This document shows positions 1 through 14,689 of a DNA stretch of 64,000 bases, one piece after another. This DNA is from Eledone cirrhosa (lineage: Eukaryota), in assembly GCA_964016885.1 (NCBI GenBank), contig OZ024758.1:8866001-8930000 (forward strand). The letters are read 5' to 3'. Under the pieces are notes generated by a model. It was not told the DNA's origin and made no database searches. It worked only from the letters and a program-made list of their open reading frames with translations. Every line of letters starts with the position of its first letter. Position 1 is the stretch's first letter. A program made the translations under genes and the position numbers.

Positions 1-319
1 ATGTTTCCAACTAAACCAGATGCAGATATGCTGCAACAATGACTGAGTGCAGTGACAGCAGCATGCTGCAGCAGATGGCCAACAGCGAGGAAATTAGCTG
101 TGTATGGGTGCATACAACCAGCTACCAGTTGCACCCAAACTGAAGCAATCAATAACAAGCTGTTCATTACAGTCCACGTAATTTTACACAGCTGGGGACA
201 GCAGCCAGGCAAATATCTATATCTCCCTATTGTCAACTGAAAGACTAACAGAACCAGTTGTATATCTTATATATGTATATATATATATATATGAATGTGT
301 GTGTGTGTATATATATATA

Positions 320-383
320 CAGGGTGTCTCAAAAATGTATACATATATTTATTAGAATGCTGTTAAAGTTTGGGGACACCCTG
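320..383. mobile_element. Tiny Tc1/mariner-type MITE (64 bp)
   Basis: TIR CAGGGTGTC / GACACCCTG with TA on both sides. Confidence 0.65.
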
Positions 384-1054
384 TATATAGATCATCATCG
401 TTTTTACATCTGCTTTCCCATACACACTATTCTGGCATACACCTTCATATATTTTATACAATATAGTATATTTACCTCTATGATTACATATTGAGGGCTC
501 TTTCTTCGGTAATTACAACCATAAATTCAGACAATATGTAGGGAGGACACAGAGGAACCCAAGTATAATTACAGATCATGTTATCAACTGGTTATTGTTA
601 TCAAAATTAAAGCATCTACAATTGTTTATATGTTTAATGTTACCAAACATTTATAGTTATTGAACTGCTTTAGCCCAAAAGTGATCACAATAAGCAGCTT
701 CTACTGTATATTGTTTCAATGGTGTATATGTAGCTGTTGCTTAACTACAAATCATCTTTACAAAGAAAGTATAACGAACCTGTTAATACAGGTAGAATAC
801 ATGTATAGTATATATTAGTTTTAAGTACTTTACAACTCATGTTTTATGCCCAAAGGTAATGCTCAGGTGGAAATAGCTGATAGAAAGAATTCTGGTACAC
901 TTGAATGATATAGCACTATAAGCACGCGTGTGTGTGTGTGTGTGTTATGCATATATATATATCTTTAACGATCGACGTTCGTCAAATCGGACCGAGGGAA
1001 CAATGTTTCCGTTGGTCTTTCCAATTGCTAATACTATCTATCGGTCGCAACTCC

Positions 1055-1179
1055 AGGTAGAAGGAGCAACGTGAAATAAAGTGTCTTGCTCAAGGAGATA
1101 ACGCGTCGCCTGGTCCAGGAATCGAACTCACAACCTTACGATTGCGAATCCAATTCTCTAACCACTCAGCCACACGCCT

Positions 1180-1180
<1 letters not shown>
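1055..1180 (-). mobile_element. tRNA-derived SINE family B (CORE-like body)
   Basis: Minus strand: A box TGGCTGAGTGG, B box GTTCGATTCC, then CCTTGAGCAAGACACTT. Confidence 0.8.
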
Positions 1181-1221
<41 letters not shown>

Positions 1222-1844
1222 AACTCATGTATCAAGTGACAACCACTTTATGCTAGATTTGTTTGGGAAATGATAATTTGATCTCTCTCTCTCTCTCTAT
1301 GTTGATAAATTATCAGTGGGAATGACAGCTATCTATTGTGACCAACCTATGTATCTATCTTCAGACAATTAAAACAGCTACATATTTATCTATATATCTA
1401 CCAATCTCTCTCTCTCTCTCTACCTATATATATATCTACCTATGTATGTTTCTGTTTGATTATTACTCTATAGCTATTTGTTTATGTATATTTACCAATG
1501 TATCAATCTTCGGACAATGAGACAATAACAACAAAGCACAAATCCCAATAGAAGTCCAAAGATAGATACACAGGGCATCGCAATCGTAATTTAGTGGATA
1601 TATATTTGATAACGATTAAAGAAAATATGGAAGAAAATTATTGTCATTGATTTAAATGAATGTAAAATGAAATACTGTAATGGCTCGAGTGAGCAGAAGG
1701 TCAAGGAAAATTGAGGATTCAAGCATTTTACATACAACACTGTAATCAAGGAATTAGTAAATTAAATATTATTTACTATAAACCCTGCCATTTTTTACTG
1801 TTATTACATATATCTAAAGTCTAAGTCTAAAGTCTATTTCAAGC

Positions 1845-2004
1845 CATGAGGCTTGTCAGGCCAGTGCTTATTCCGGTTTTGTGGCGTGAAGTGACTGAGA
1901 ATACAAGACTTCCACCCTGGACAGGATGCCAGTCCATCGCAGGGTTAAACCCCCAGGTATTGTTGGTACTCATTTTCGATTGAGTATACTGGAGCACAAT
2001 GAAA
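1845..2004 (-). mobile_element. 3' half of SINE family B
   Basis: Shares the GGACAGGATGCCAGTCCATCGCAGGGTTAAA..GGTACTCATTTT block with the copies at 49375-49620 and 54765-54950. Confidence 0.7.
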
Positions 2005-2109
2005 GGAAGAACAGGAGAAATTGTAGAGATGTTAGAGTGAAAGGAAATTGATGTATACTGTGTGTAAGAGGAGAGTCAGCTAGACTCCTGGTAGGCAAAA
2101 AACATGCTA

Positions 2110-3010
2110 CAAATTTAGCTGATAAATCAGTAGATAAAGTAATCTCTGTGAACAGAGTGGATGCGAGAATCATTAAACTCAGATTAGTCCTGAGGAAAAC
2201 AATAGTTACAATTTTATCCACATACGCACCCCAATCTGGGTTGACAGACGAACTCAAGGATAGCTCTTATGAGTCCCTAATGCATACTACCACTCTAACA
2301 AATGACAATGACTTCTTACTCATTGCAGGGGGATTTAACGGATAAGCTGGGAAACACAGTGATGGCTACTACAGAGTCCATAGAGGCTACGGGTTTGGCG
2401 CAAGAAATGAAGGTTACAGGCTTCTAGAATTCTGCGACGTCAATGACTTGTTAATATGCAACACAAACTTCAAAAAAAACCCAACAACCACCTGATCACC
2501 TATAGATCCAAGCAGCATTCTAGTCAGATAGATTTTATCCTTACCAGAGGACGAGATAGATGGATGGTTGTAAACATGAAAGCCTTCTCTGATGAGTAAT
2601 GTACCTCCCAACAAAACCTAGAATGTCAGCGACCACATTGTCAGAGCTAGACAAACTTGGAAACAGAAGGCAACCTGGAGAAGAGAGATCTGGAAGCTGA
2701 AAGAGCCCTCAGCCAGCAACAGATTTAGAGATATCTTACATGATGCCTATGACAGTAAAGATGAACAGATAGAGACATTCAATGTAGAAGAGCACTGGGA
2801 GTTCCTAGAAAATAATCTACTAAAGGCGACAGATGAGATCTGTGGATGGAGCAAGACTATAGGGAGAAGGAGGGTGATTTGGTGGTGGAACAATAAGGTA
2901 GATGTGACAATTAAGGCCAAGAGACAGGTAATGGAAGAATGGGGAGAAGCATGGTACACTACATAGGGACCAGAAGGGAAGCTAGATGACAAGTATACTT
3001 AGCAAGAAAA
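2110..3010 (+). mobile_element. Decayed RTE-clade LINE, AP-endonuclease region
   Basis: RIIKLRLVL..STYAPQSG..LIAGGFNG*..GYGFGARN..LLEFCDVNDLLICNTNFKK..QIDFIL; stops and frameshifts present. Confidence 0.88.
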
Positions 3011-3319
3011 GGTTTTTATATAAAAGGCAACAAAATTTCAAATATAAACAACAGAATTAGTAAAGAATTAAACAAAATACTTTGTTGTATTTGGCTAAAC
3101 CTCGACATAAACATAGTCATCAGTGACCTAGTGCAGGTAACAAGATAAAATCAGTAGAATGTAGGAAGATATGTGAGAAGCAGGCCCCCAACCTATCTAA
3201 GAGGGTCAACAGCTCCACATGAGTACTGACTTGGTCTGGGAAGACCCATCCAAACTTTCCTAGCATGGAAGATGGACGGATGATGATGGCAATGATGATG
3301 ATGTCGATAATGATGACAT

Positions 3320-3950
3320 CACTACCACTACTACCACCACCACCACCACCACTGCAACTACCACCACTATAACCACCACCACCACCACTACAACCACCAC
3401 CACCATCACCACTACTACTACTACCACCACCACTACTACCACCAGCACCACCACTATCACACCACCAGCACCACTACCACCACCACCACTACTACCACCA
3501 CCAGCACCACTACTACTACCACCACCACTACCACCACCACCACCACTATCACACCACCAGCACCACTACTACTACCACCACCACTACTACCACCACCACC
3601 ACCACCAGCACCACTACTACTACCACCACCACCACCACCACCACTACTACTACCACCACCACCACCACTATCACACCACCAGCACCACTACTACTACCAC
3701 CACCACTATCACACCACCAGCACCACTACTACTACCACCACCACCACCACTACCAGCACCACTACTACTACCACCACCACCACCACTATCACACCACCAG
3801 CACCACTACTACTACCACCACCACTATCACACCACCATCACACCACCACCACCACCAGCACCACCACCACCACTACTACCACCACCACCACCACCACCAC
3901 CACCACCATCACACCACCAGCACTACTACTACCACTACAACTACAACAAT
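3320..3950. repeat. (CAC/CTA)n trinucleotide-derived array
   Basis: Direct inspection; source of the poly-Val ORFs. Confidence 0.95.
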
Positions 3951-4274
3951 AGTAGAAGAGACTGTAGCAACAACAATGGCAGACAGAAATCATAACTGAA
4001 GTGTAAAAAAGATTGGCAAAAGATTGTTGTTGTCCTTCTTCACAATAGAGGTGGCTGAGAGTTACTTTCATCTTCAATCAAACATAGACTAAATGTCAGA
4101 TTTTTATCACTGGGACCTCTACAAGACTTTAGTGCATAAAAGTAGTTTGTTGTAGACATATGTGGAATAATGTGTAAATGTCTGTTGACTTATTACAATG
4201 TACATATACAGAGGCCACAAAAAATGTATACATACTTCAGGAAAAGAAAAACTTGTATAAATATTTAACTTGTT

Positions 4275-4575
<301 letters not shown>

Positions 4576-5002
4576 TTCGTTACACAGTTCAAGAGTAACC
4601 AATCTTAAAGAGAGAGAGGAGATAGGAGAAGAGAGATTGGTGAATTAGTTAGAAGCCAAAGCGTAAAGGCATGTGCTCAATGTGCAATATGCAGTGGAAG
4701 GCAGCTAGGTGGCTGGGTTAATGCAGAAGTTAGGTGCACAGAGCTGGAAATATTCATTAGTTAAGCAAAACAAGACCACAAATTTCACAAGGAAGACATT
4801 ATTAAAAGATTGTCAACATATTTTAGTTTAATGTAAGGAATGTAGAGAATAATAATAATAATATTAATAATGTCCATTTACAATTGTTTTGCTACTCCAT
4901 ATAATGTTTCTGGATCAAATGATTATAGATCATTATTGATCTGGTTCAGTTGAAGATAATTAACTTAGGTAAAATTGGAGCAGTTCATCGGAACTTCAAA
5001 AG

Positions 5003-5063
<61 letters not shown>

Positions 5064-5147
5064 AAAGGTAAACAGAAATAACAACACAATTGGTACAGTG
5101 TATGGAAGGGATATATTAGGTTAACGCTTGATATAGCAGGAAGAGGG

Positions 5148-5183
5148 TCTTAACGTTTCGGACGCTAGTCCTTCATCAGAAGA
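5148..5183 (-). ncRNA. Minimal type-I hammerhead ribozyme motif (Penelope-like-element type)
   Basis: TCTT-CTGATGA-A-GGAC-TAGC-GTCC-GAAA-CG-TT-AAGA: 4-bp helix I, conserved core, 4-bp stem II, palindromic ACGU helix III. Confidence 0.7.
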
Positions 5184-5285
5184 AAGAATGAGAAATAAGA
5201 TAGATTTAGGGGACGGGTGGGTTGGAATTGGAAAAAATGTCTTTAGATAAAAATAATAAGTCCATTCATGTTGACATCTCTCTCT

Positions 5286-5372
<87 letters not shown>

Positions 5373-5416
5373 AGAGCTGAATATCCATTTTGAGATATTT
5401 TGATACCAGAAATATA

Positions 5417-5720
5417 CCGTTTAGCGTCCATTTATCCATGCTTGCATGGATTAGACAGGTCATCCACGCCGGGAGATAAGTCTGGCAAGAGTTGGCCATG
5501 CCGTACCTTGCTGCGCTGAACCCTTCACACAGCAAAACCTCAGTTCAGGTGTCGGATGCTGCATGGTTCGGCTATGGTGAGCGACAGGCCAGCTGGTCGT
5601 GCCAAACCCATTCCCGCAGCGGAACCACGGTTTCGGAACCCGGTACTGGATGACACCCCTATGATGAGGGACAGGCCAGTTGGCCGTGAAGAACCCTATT
5701 CACTGCAAAACCAGTTTGGG
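5417..5720. mobile_element. RTE-tailed retroposon with internal GC-rich repeats of about 87 bp
   Basis: Homologous to 19270-19360 plus 19700-20390. Confidence 0.55.
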
Positions 5721-5744
5721 AGTAATATCATCACTGGTATACTA

Positions 5745-6105
5745 TCCACCACCACCACCACCACCATATCCACCACCATGACCACCACCATCATCATCAT
5801 ATCCACCACCATCATCATCATATCCACCACCAGCACCACCACCACCACCATCATCATGACCACCACCACCACCATCATCATCATCATATCCACCACCATG
5901 ACCACCACCGCCACCATCATCATATCCACCACCACTACCACCACCACCACCACCATGACCACCACCGCCACCATCATATCCACCACCATGACCACCACCA
6001 TGACCACCACCACCACCATCATCATCATATCCACCACCACCACCATGACCACCACCACCACCACCGCCACCACCACCATCACCATCGTATCCACCACCAC
6101 TATCA
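5745..6105. repeat. (CAC/CAT)n array
   Basis: Direct inspection. Confidence 0.95.
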
Positions 6106-6577
6106 TTTACAACACCAACATTATTTTCATTCTTATAGTTTACTCATAAAAAGAAATCACCATTGTGTATTATTATTATTATTACTTGTTAGAAAGAAAT
6201 CATTTTATACATAAAAAATGAATAAATATATTTTTGTAAATAATAAAGAAACCATAATCGAAGAAATAATAATTATTATTATCATTACAATAATTATCAT
6301 TTTCATAACAATTATGATTATTATTATTATGATTAAATTATTTTTTAATAACAATTTTTTGTTACTATTATCATCATATTTTTAAAGAAAATGTTAGCAA
6401 TAACATCATCATCATCATCATCATCAACACCATCAACACCATCATCATCATCGTCACCAAAACTTTATTACTATCATTACAGTTAAACTTATAAAAATAA
6501 TAATTTATCAACATCATGAAATCATTATTATAGATATAAAAAGAAAAGTGTGAGGAAATGTGACAAATGTTTGCAGA

Positions 6578-6812
6578 CTCACTGTCAACTCTCTATACAG
6601 TCATACTGTCAACTCTCTATACAGTCATATTGTCAGCTCTCTATACAGTCTCACTGTCAGCTCTCTATACAGTCTCACTGTCAGCTCTCTATACAGTCTC
6701 ACTGTCAGCTCTCTATACAGTCTCACTGTCAGCTCTCTATACAGTCTCGCTGTCAGCTCTCTATACAGTCTCGCTGTCAGCTCTCTATATAGTCTCACTG
6801 TCAGCTCTCTAT
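6578..6812. repeat. 24-bp minisatellite, about 10 copies
   Basis: Unit CTGTCAGCTCTCTATACAGTCTCA. Confidence 0.95.
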
Positions 6813-8932
6813 GCAATCATATTGTCAGGTTCCCAACATTTTTTTGTAAAAGTCTTAGCACTTCTCCACACTACATAACTCCCCCAAAGTTGTTGGCCTT
6901 GTGCCTAAATCAGAAACCAATATTCTAATGATAATAGAATGTTAGTTGAGGGAAATTTGGTGGCAGTTGTTCTAGTAACTAAGTTGAAAATTTCCATATT
7001 TAGACTGTTTTAAAGATATCAAAGGATACATATTTATAACATGGTCAGTTACAACATCCCCATTACTAGTATCAGAATATCTATAACATGGTTAACATGT
7101 ATATTGTCAACATTGTTAAAAGAAGGAAAGAGAAAAAAAAGGAAAAAAAAAGAAAAACAGTAATTATCAAAAATAAAATTATCAAACATTGATGAATGTA
7201 ATCAATAGTTGGTGAGCAGACAATGAAAATCTAATGGCTGGCTTGAGGATGGTCAATGACAGTAATGGAGAGCATAATCAAACAGAAAGTATCACATCAA
7301 GGGGTGAGGAGTAAGCAGGCAGACAGTGAAATTATGCAAAATAAATTGTTCAAGTCTTGTTTTGTAAGAGGCATAGAAATTGTTGTGAGAACAAGAAAAG
7401 CCAACTAACTTTCTGACAGATATACCAGAGCATCCATTGAAAGAGCCATAAACAAAATTAATGAGGTCACAAGGTTATAAATTAGCAATCAACTCAAGAA
7501 CTAATTAAGGTCTTTGGGAAGCTGAAGCCATCAATCAATTTTAAAGACGGGCCAAAGAACGAGTAAATTTCTGGATGGACAGTAGTCTCTCCTATAACCC
7601 TCAGCATAATGTATAATATATTACTACTAACACACTAACCATGTAACAACTGCTACTGTGGTGTTTTCTAGAGACTGTGTCCACACACAACACACTACTA
7701 CACTGACCACACAACATATTACTACACTGACCACACAACAACCACTACTACACTGACCACACAACAACAACTACTATTTACCAGAGCCTCTGACCAAACA
7801 CAATAGACAAATGACCAAGCTACAATCAACCATTAGTAATTTCATTAACACTATCTCAACACCACCACCACCACATTAACACTACCTCAACACCACTACC
7901 ACCACCACTACATTAACGATTACCACCACTACAATCACCACCACTACCACCACCACTACATTAACACTACCTCAACACCACTACCACCACGACATTAACA
8001 CTACCTCAACACCACTACCACCACTACATTAACACTATCTCAACACCACTACCACCACCACCTCTCCACCACCATTACCACCACTACATTAACACTATCT
8101 TAACACCACCACCACTACTACTACCACCACCAAAACTACCACTACATTAACACTATCTCAACACCACCACCACCCTCACCCCTACTACCACCACCACCAC
8201 AACATCATCATTAACCACTACCAGAGATGACAGTAATCTCAATATAACCATAGTGTCATATTAACTGAGGAGAAGTTGCTTTACTTTAATATTTGACAGA
8301 ATCCTAATTAATGCTATTTACAGTTAATAATTTATAACTGAAATATTGGAAAACCTTCCACACTGCTAAGGTGGTGGTGGTGGTGGTGGTGGTATTGGTG
8401 GGGGAGGGCAATGGTGGTGGTGGTGGTGATGGTGATTTCTAATTTTGGCACAAGGCCTGCAATTTGGGAAGAAAGGGGAAAATCGATTATATTGACATCA
8501 CCACCTCTCAGTATTTAAGGTATAGTTGACCTTGGCAGGATTTGAAACCAGTGGTGATGATGATGATGATAATGGTTCTGATTGAGGCACAAGGCCAACA
8601 ATTTGTTGGGAAAGGGAAAGTCAATTAAATCGATACCAGTACATTACTGGTACTTTATTTTATCAACCCTGTAAGGATGAAAGGCAAACTAACCCCAGTA
8701 GGATTTGAACTCAGAACAATACATCCTTCAGCCTTTCATCCTTAAAATGTTGATTAAATACCAGCTTTATACATGGTTTGATTAAATTGACTTTATCCCT
8801 TCTCTTACAAATTCATACTATCGTATCATCTACTAATATATAATGCTCGTGTTTTTGCACGTCACACAAAGGGAAGTAACTCATCTATGTTTCAGCATGT
8901 AATATAAATACATACATATATATTATACAAAA

Positions 8933-9123
8933 TAATTGTTTCTACTTTTGGCACAAGGCCAGCAATTACCCAGTGCATTACTGGTACTTTATTTTATCTA
9001 CCCCGTAAGGATGAAAGGCAAAGTTAACCTCGGCGGGATTTGAACTCAGAATGGCAAGGGCCGTAACTCTATACGTCAAAGCATGGCGTCCGACCCTCTA
9101 CCGATACTGCCAATTCACCGCCA
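8933..9123 (-). mobile_element. tRNA-derived SINE family A, full length (degenerate copies also at 8440-8716)
   Basis: A box TGGCAGTATCGG, B box GTTCAAATCC, central CTTTGCCTTTCATCCTTACGGGGT..ATAAAATAAAGTACCAG, (ATT)n tail. Confidence 0.85.
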
Positions 9124-10823
9124 TTATACAAAATAATGATTACATACACAGACATCTATGTGGTGAGTATGGAAGGAACACAGGCAGTGTATTTCACTAG
9201 GACTACATGAACAAAAAACAAAGAACTAATGAGGAGCATGGTTGTTGGAGCATGACTTTAGGTCAGCCCTGGTCAAGCAAAGGTGTTTCAGTTAATACCA
9301 GCTGTTCTTGTTTTTATATGTCTTTCCCTTTTTGAGACAGTAGAGTATGATGAGGGATATTTAGCTGCTATATCTAGTAGTTTGAATAACTGTCATGAAG
9401 TTCCTTGTTGGTTCATAATAAAATAATTATTCCAATAGAAAAGTAAAAACAAAGTTAAGAAATGAAATTATCAATAATAACAACAGAAAAATAATGATCA
9501 TGATGATTTGTAGAAAACGTTTTAGTATTTAAGAGCTAACATTCCATATATGTAAGTGTTAGAGAGTGTGAGGGAGAGAGAGAGAATTCAGCAGGGTCTA
9601 CAGAAAAGAACAGCCTCTTAACTATAGTCCCTACTCTAAATTTGCTTGCAGTACTGCTGTAGCTATCACTTGACATCAGATTCGGGCTTTGTCATGCACA
9701 CAAGAGATTTTACCTACATTCAAAAGAAACTGCCCAATTCTGGGGACAATTCTATTATAATGGACTAGCAGGATTATCTCTCAATCTAAAGAGTTGCAGG
9801 CGCCAAGAGGGAAACTGGGAGAATTGAAGAGAATGAATGAAAGGGAAACACAGATGATGGCAAGAGAGAGATGCAATCTAAGCGAGAACGAAAAATTCTC
9901 TTTGACAGAATTTAATTAATAAAAGAAAAGCAATCACTTCTTTTCTCATTCGGTTTCAGAAGCAAAACAAAAATAAAAGCTACCAAAACTATTTGGCATT
10001 TTCAAAAAGAGATTTCTGCTCACATAGGGGACAATTGTCTTCAATACAACATTTTAGATCTACTAATATAACGCAAAGAACTCCCAAAAGAAATTATTTT
10101 CTCCTCAAAACTTACCTTCATAGACATTTTCTTTCAAATTTTTTTCTTTATTTTTTTATATTTTTATATTTTTAACAAAGACAAAAAAAATGGTGCCAAA
10201 GAAATTTATTTAGGGAAGAAACAAAAAGAAAATTTAAGTTTTAATTGTTCACCTCATATTTCCCACCCACATCCAACACCATAGTTTTCTTTTTTTCCAT
10301 CCTACTCAAAACAACTCCATTATCACCAACAATTATTATATCTTAATCTCACTCCCTCCTACTATCCTTCCATCCATCTCTCTCTCTCTCCCTATATATA
10401 GACACACACACACACACACACATACACACATGCACGTGTGAGTATGTGTATCTGTTCCCTCTAACCACATCAACAAATTCTGCCTCTATCTACAAGAGTA
10501 GCAACACCACCACATCTTCCACTATCACCAGTACCATTAGCACCAAAAGAATGCTCCTCTAGAATCTTTGTTCTTCACATAAGTGATTGCTTTAACACCA
10601 TCCGTGCCAAAGTTTTTGAGGAGCACAATGAATGAATTGCCACCAAAGAAAAGAGAGAGAGAGATAAATCAGTTGCAGCAGTTCTGGTTTCTGGTGTTGT
10701 TGCTTTGACACATTTTTGGCAATTCCTTCACCTTAGAGACACCAGCAAATAACAAAAGAGCAACAAGAGGTGGGAAGAGCAAGCACCAACTTTACATCAA
10801 AACATTCACACACAAACATTATG

Positions 10824-10857
<34 letters not shown>

Positions 10858-10870
10858 AACATTATGTACA

Positions 10871-10914
<44 letters not shown>

Positions 10915-12086
10915 CACACACAAATATATACACACATGTACATATATACATACACACAAATATATACACACATATACATATACACACACACACACAAACA
11001 TTATGTACATATATATATATATATACATACACACACAAATATATACACACATATACATATATACATACACACATATACATATATACACACACAAACATTT
11101 TGTACATATATATATATATATACACACACAAACATTATGTACATATATATATATATACATACACACAAATATATACACACATATACATATATACATACAC
11201 ACACAAATATATGCACATATACATATACACACACACAAACATTATGTACATATATATATACATACACACACACATAAATATATACATATATATGTATACA
11301 TACACAAACATGTACATATATACATGTGCACACATACACACACACACAAATATATACACACACACACAAATATATACACACACATATATTTACACATACA
11401 TTCATATAAACACAAACACACACGTGTGTGTGTTTGTAGACACACAGTGAGAGAGAAACATCAGTTAACATGCATGTAAAAATATATACATATATATGCA
11501 TTTGTATACACACACATACATCATGTACATACATTCATACACACACGCATATATGTAAGTGTGTATTTAATATGCAAATACATATGAAGCCTCTCATGTG
11601 TCCTTACATATACACAAAGAGACAGACACAGATGTGATATGAGAAGCCAAGATCCTCGTCTGAAAAAGCCCCCGTATGTTATGTTAACGGTGTCAACAGC
11701 GCTGTTGATTGTAAGAGAGGCACTCACATCTGGACGATTGAAGTTGAGCTGTGATTTTTAACACAACTCCCTGACACCATCACTAACACTTCATTAGAAA
11801 ACAGTTATAGGAAATTTAGAAAAGAGAGAGAAAAGAAAAGGAGATAATTAAATAAAAAAAAAATATATGTAAAAACAAAGTTTCAGCCTCGACAACCAGA
11901 AGAAACAATTATAATTAAAAGAAATTTCTACGAAGAAACTATGAAGATGGAAATAAAAATATTAAACATTTTTGTTTGTTATAGAATTTAGAAAATAAGA
12001 ACAAAAAATATAACACAACTAACATGATTTCTATCCCTGAAGAACTTTTTAGAAATCTGTTTGCTTTCTATATATTTACTCTCTTA

Positions 12087-12126
<40 letters not shown>

Positions 12127-14229
12127 ATGTGGATATATATATATTAAAAAATGGAATGGTGTGTGTGATTTTTGAGCTTTTTTCAATATATTTCTATCTA
12201 TATTTTTTTTTTTTTTTTTTTCTATTCAAATTTCTCTCCTCTGTAAAGCAAAGTTAAAATATCTTCCAAAATACAGTCTAAGAGATTGAAAAGATTTCCC
12301 ACTTCAAGATAGAGGTAAAAAATAAAAACTTTACTGCTGTTATCTTTTATAAATATCACACCTAGTGATCTGACATCAGTGGTGCACTTTCTTTATAATA
12401 GAAATTGTATATTGTTGTCATCATCAGAGTTATTAATATTACTATAGTTAATATTTTTCTATTTAATTTTATTGAAAAACAATTTTAGCTATTATGAATC
12501 TCTCTTCCTTTCCCTGTCTTTCACTGATTCTATCTCACCTTTAAACCTATCTTTCCCATCTCTTTTTTTTTTACACAAAATTTCTGTCTTTCCACCTTTA
12601 CTTTTTTTCCCTCTAACCACCCTTTGTTTTTCTCCTTTATTTAGTCTTTCCCTCACTATATATATATATATATATCAACAGCAGCAGCATCATTCAACGT
12701 CCATTTTCCACACTTGCATGGGTTAGATGGGTTGTCATGTTATGAGACAAGTCCGGTCCAGAGACCACATATAACTCATGCAGATCTGTTGTTTGGCTTG
12801 GTTTCTACAGCTGAATGAATGCCCTTTCTAACGCCAACCATGTTTCAATGTGGACAGGATGCTTTTTAACGTGTCACCAACACAACCACCTTACAGCATG
12901 AACTGGGTACTTTTTGTAGTATACCAGCATGACCACTTTATATATATAGATATACAGTCCACACTGTAAATGTAGTTGGTATTAGGATATCTATTGCATA
13001 TGGATGAGGAATGGAAGGTGAAGAAGTGCCATAAGATACCAGTGGAAGGAAGCTACAGTAGAGGATGACTGAGAAAAACCCGGGAAGATGTAGTTAGAGC
13101 AGATATCATCATAGAGATGACAAAGAAGTGTTGCAAGTGGAGGGAGGCTGCACTGGAAAGGACCCAAGCATGGAAGAGTTAACTTATGATGATGATGATG
13201 ATGTTGATGTTAAAACATCAGATAGGATGCCTTGTGGTGATATTTGTTTGGGTTATCTACACATGTTCACATGTTAATATATAAACCATCAACAGTGACA
13301 CCACTGATGTTAATATATAAACCATCAACAGTGACATCACTGATCATCATTATCATCATCATTTTACGTCCGCTTTTCCCTGCTTGCAAGGGTGGGACGG
13401 GTCTTATGATGTTAATATCTTATGATGTTAATATATAAACCATCATCATCATTTTACGTCCACTTTTCTATGCTTTAGCCAGAGTTGGACAGGTCTTTCC
13501 CAAGGATCAATTTGAATGTTTGTCTTGAAACTGACAAGGAAATGATGCTTTCCAGATTTTAAGGCAAACTATAAAAAGACACAATTTCATATGAAAACAA
13601 GTTTCAAATAGCAGAGTGTCTTCCAGCAGAACTATGATATATATAGGAAGGGAGGTAACACACATGTTCCAACATCAGCAATATTGTGTGGATGGATTTA
13701 GAGGTCAGAAATGAAAGCAGACTAGAAAATGTGGTAAAATCTTTTAAGAAATGTGAGATGCTGTCAATTTATGTGATATTGTCCAATATAGGAGATGTTT
13801 GGTCTTGAATATGGTAACATGGACAATGGCTTGGATCTGTTTCACTTAAATGGTGTGTTCCATTAGTTATAATGAAAATAATTGATGTATCTATATAAAT
13901 TTGTGCATCATCATCGTTTAGTGGTTATGCTTGCATGTGCTGTACATGACTTTTTGAGGCAATGTTTTAGTCAGGTGCCCTTCCTAATATTAACCCACAT
14001 TGCCATAACTTCAGTTCAGTTACTGGTACAAGCTATTACCTTACTGTAGTAGTAGTGTGCTACCCTACCGTAACTTACTTAACAAAAAAAGGTAACTTTC
14101 AATAGTTTGTAGGGTATCGTGTGTTATAATGTTTATACCTCTTTTACTCAAAATGTTTTTCTTCCTTCACAAAAACAAGGGGTTGAGTGTGAAAATATTG
14201 AACCAGTTTTATTATTTTTTGTCAAAGGG

Positions 14230-14675
14230 CAGTGGACTGGCAGTATCAGTAGAGTGTCTGACAACATTCTTTACACATATAATTACGCTCCTTTACATTC
14301 TGAGTTTAAATCCCGGCGAGGTTAGCTTTGTCTTTCATCCTTAAGGGATCAATAAAATAAAGCACCAGTAATGCACTGGTGTCGATTTAATTGACTTTCC
14401 CCTCCTCCAAAATTGTTGACCTTGTGCCTAAATCAGAAACTATTATTTGTTTTTTATCAAAGGGTGGTGGAATGGCAGAATTGGTAGAGTGTCAGATAAA
14501 ATGCTATTGCAGTATTTGTTCCGGCTCTTTACATTCAGAGTTCAAATCCTACTGAGGTCAACTTTGCCTTGCTTCTTTCCGGGGCCGATAAAATAAAGTA
14601 CTAGTCAAGTACTGGGGTTGATTTAATCAAATTTGCTCTTCCCCCAAAATTTTCTGGCCGTGTATGAATTAGAAA
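14230..14675 (+). mobile_element. Two tandem SINE family A copies
   Basis: A/B boxes and the central domain are repeated at 14230-14443 and 14462-14675. Confidence 0.8.
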
Positions 14676-14689
14676 ACATGAAAAATAGA

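Noticed and set aside
1100-1180. tRNA-like sequence
   Set aside because: It runs into a SINE body and lacks a complete cloverleaf; a SINE head, not a tRNA gene.
5556-6149. 197-aa poly-Thr/Ile ORF
   Set aside because: Repeat-element fragment fused to a (CAC/CAT)n microsatellite.
10770-11534. Numerous [12 protein letters not shown] ORFs here and elsewhere
   Set aside because: Translations of (TA)n and (CA)n tracts.
11728-11748. Possible 21-nt minus-strand micro-exon (cag|..GAT|gtgagt)
   Set aside because: No polypyrimidine tract and no homology; cannot be distinguished from chance.
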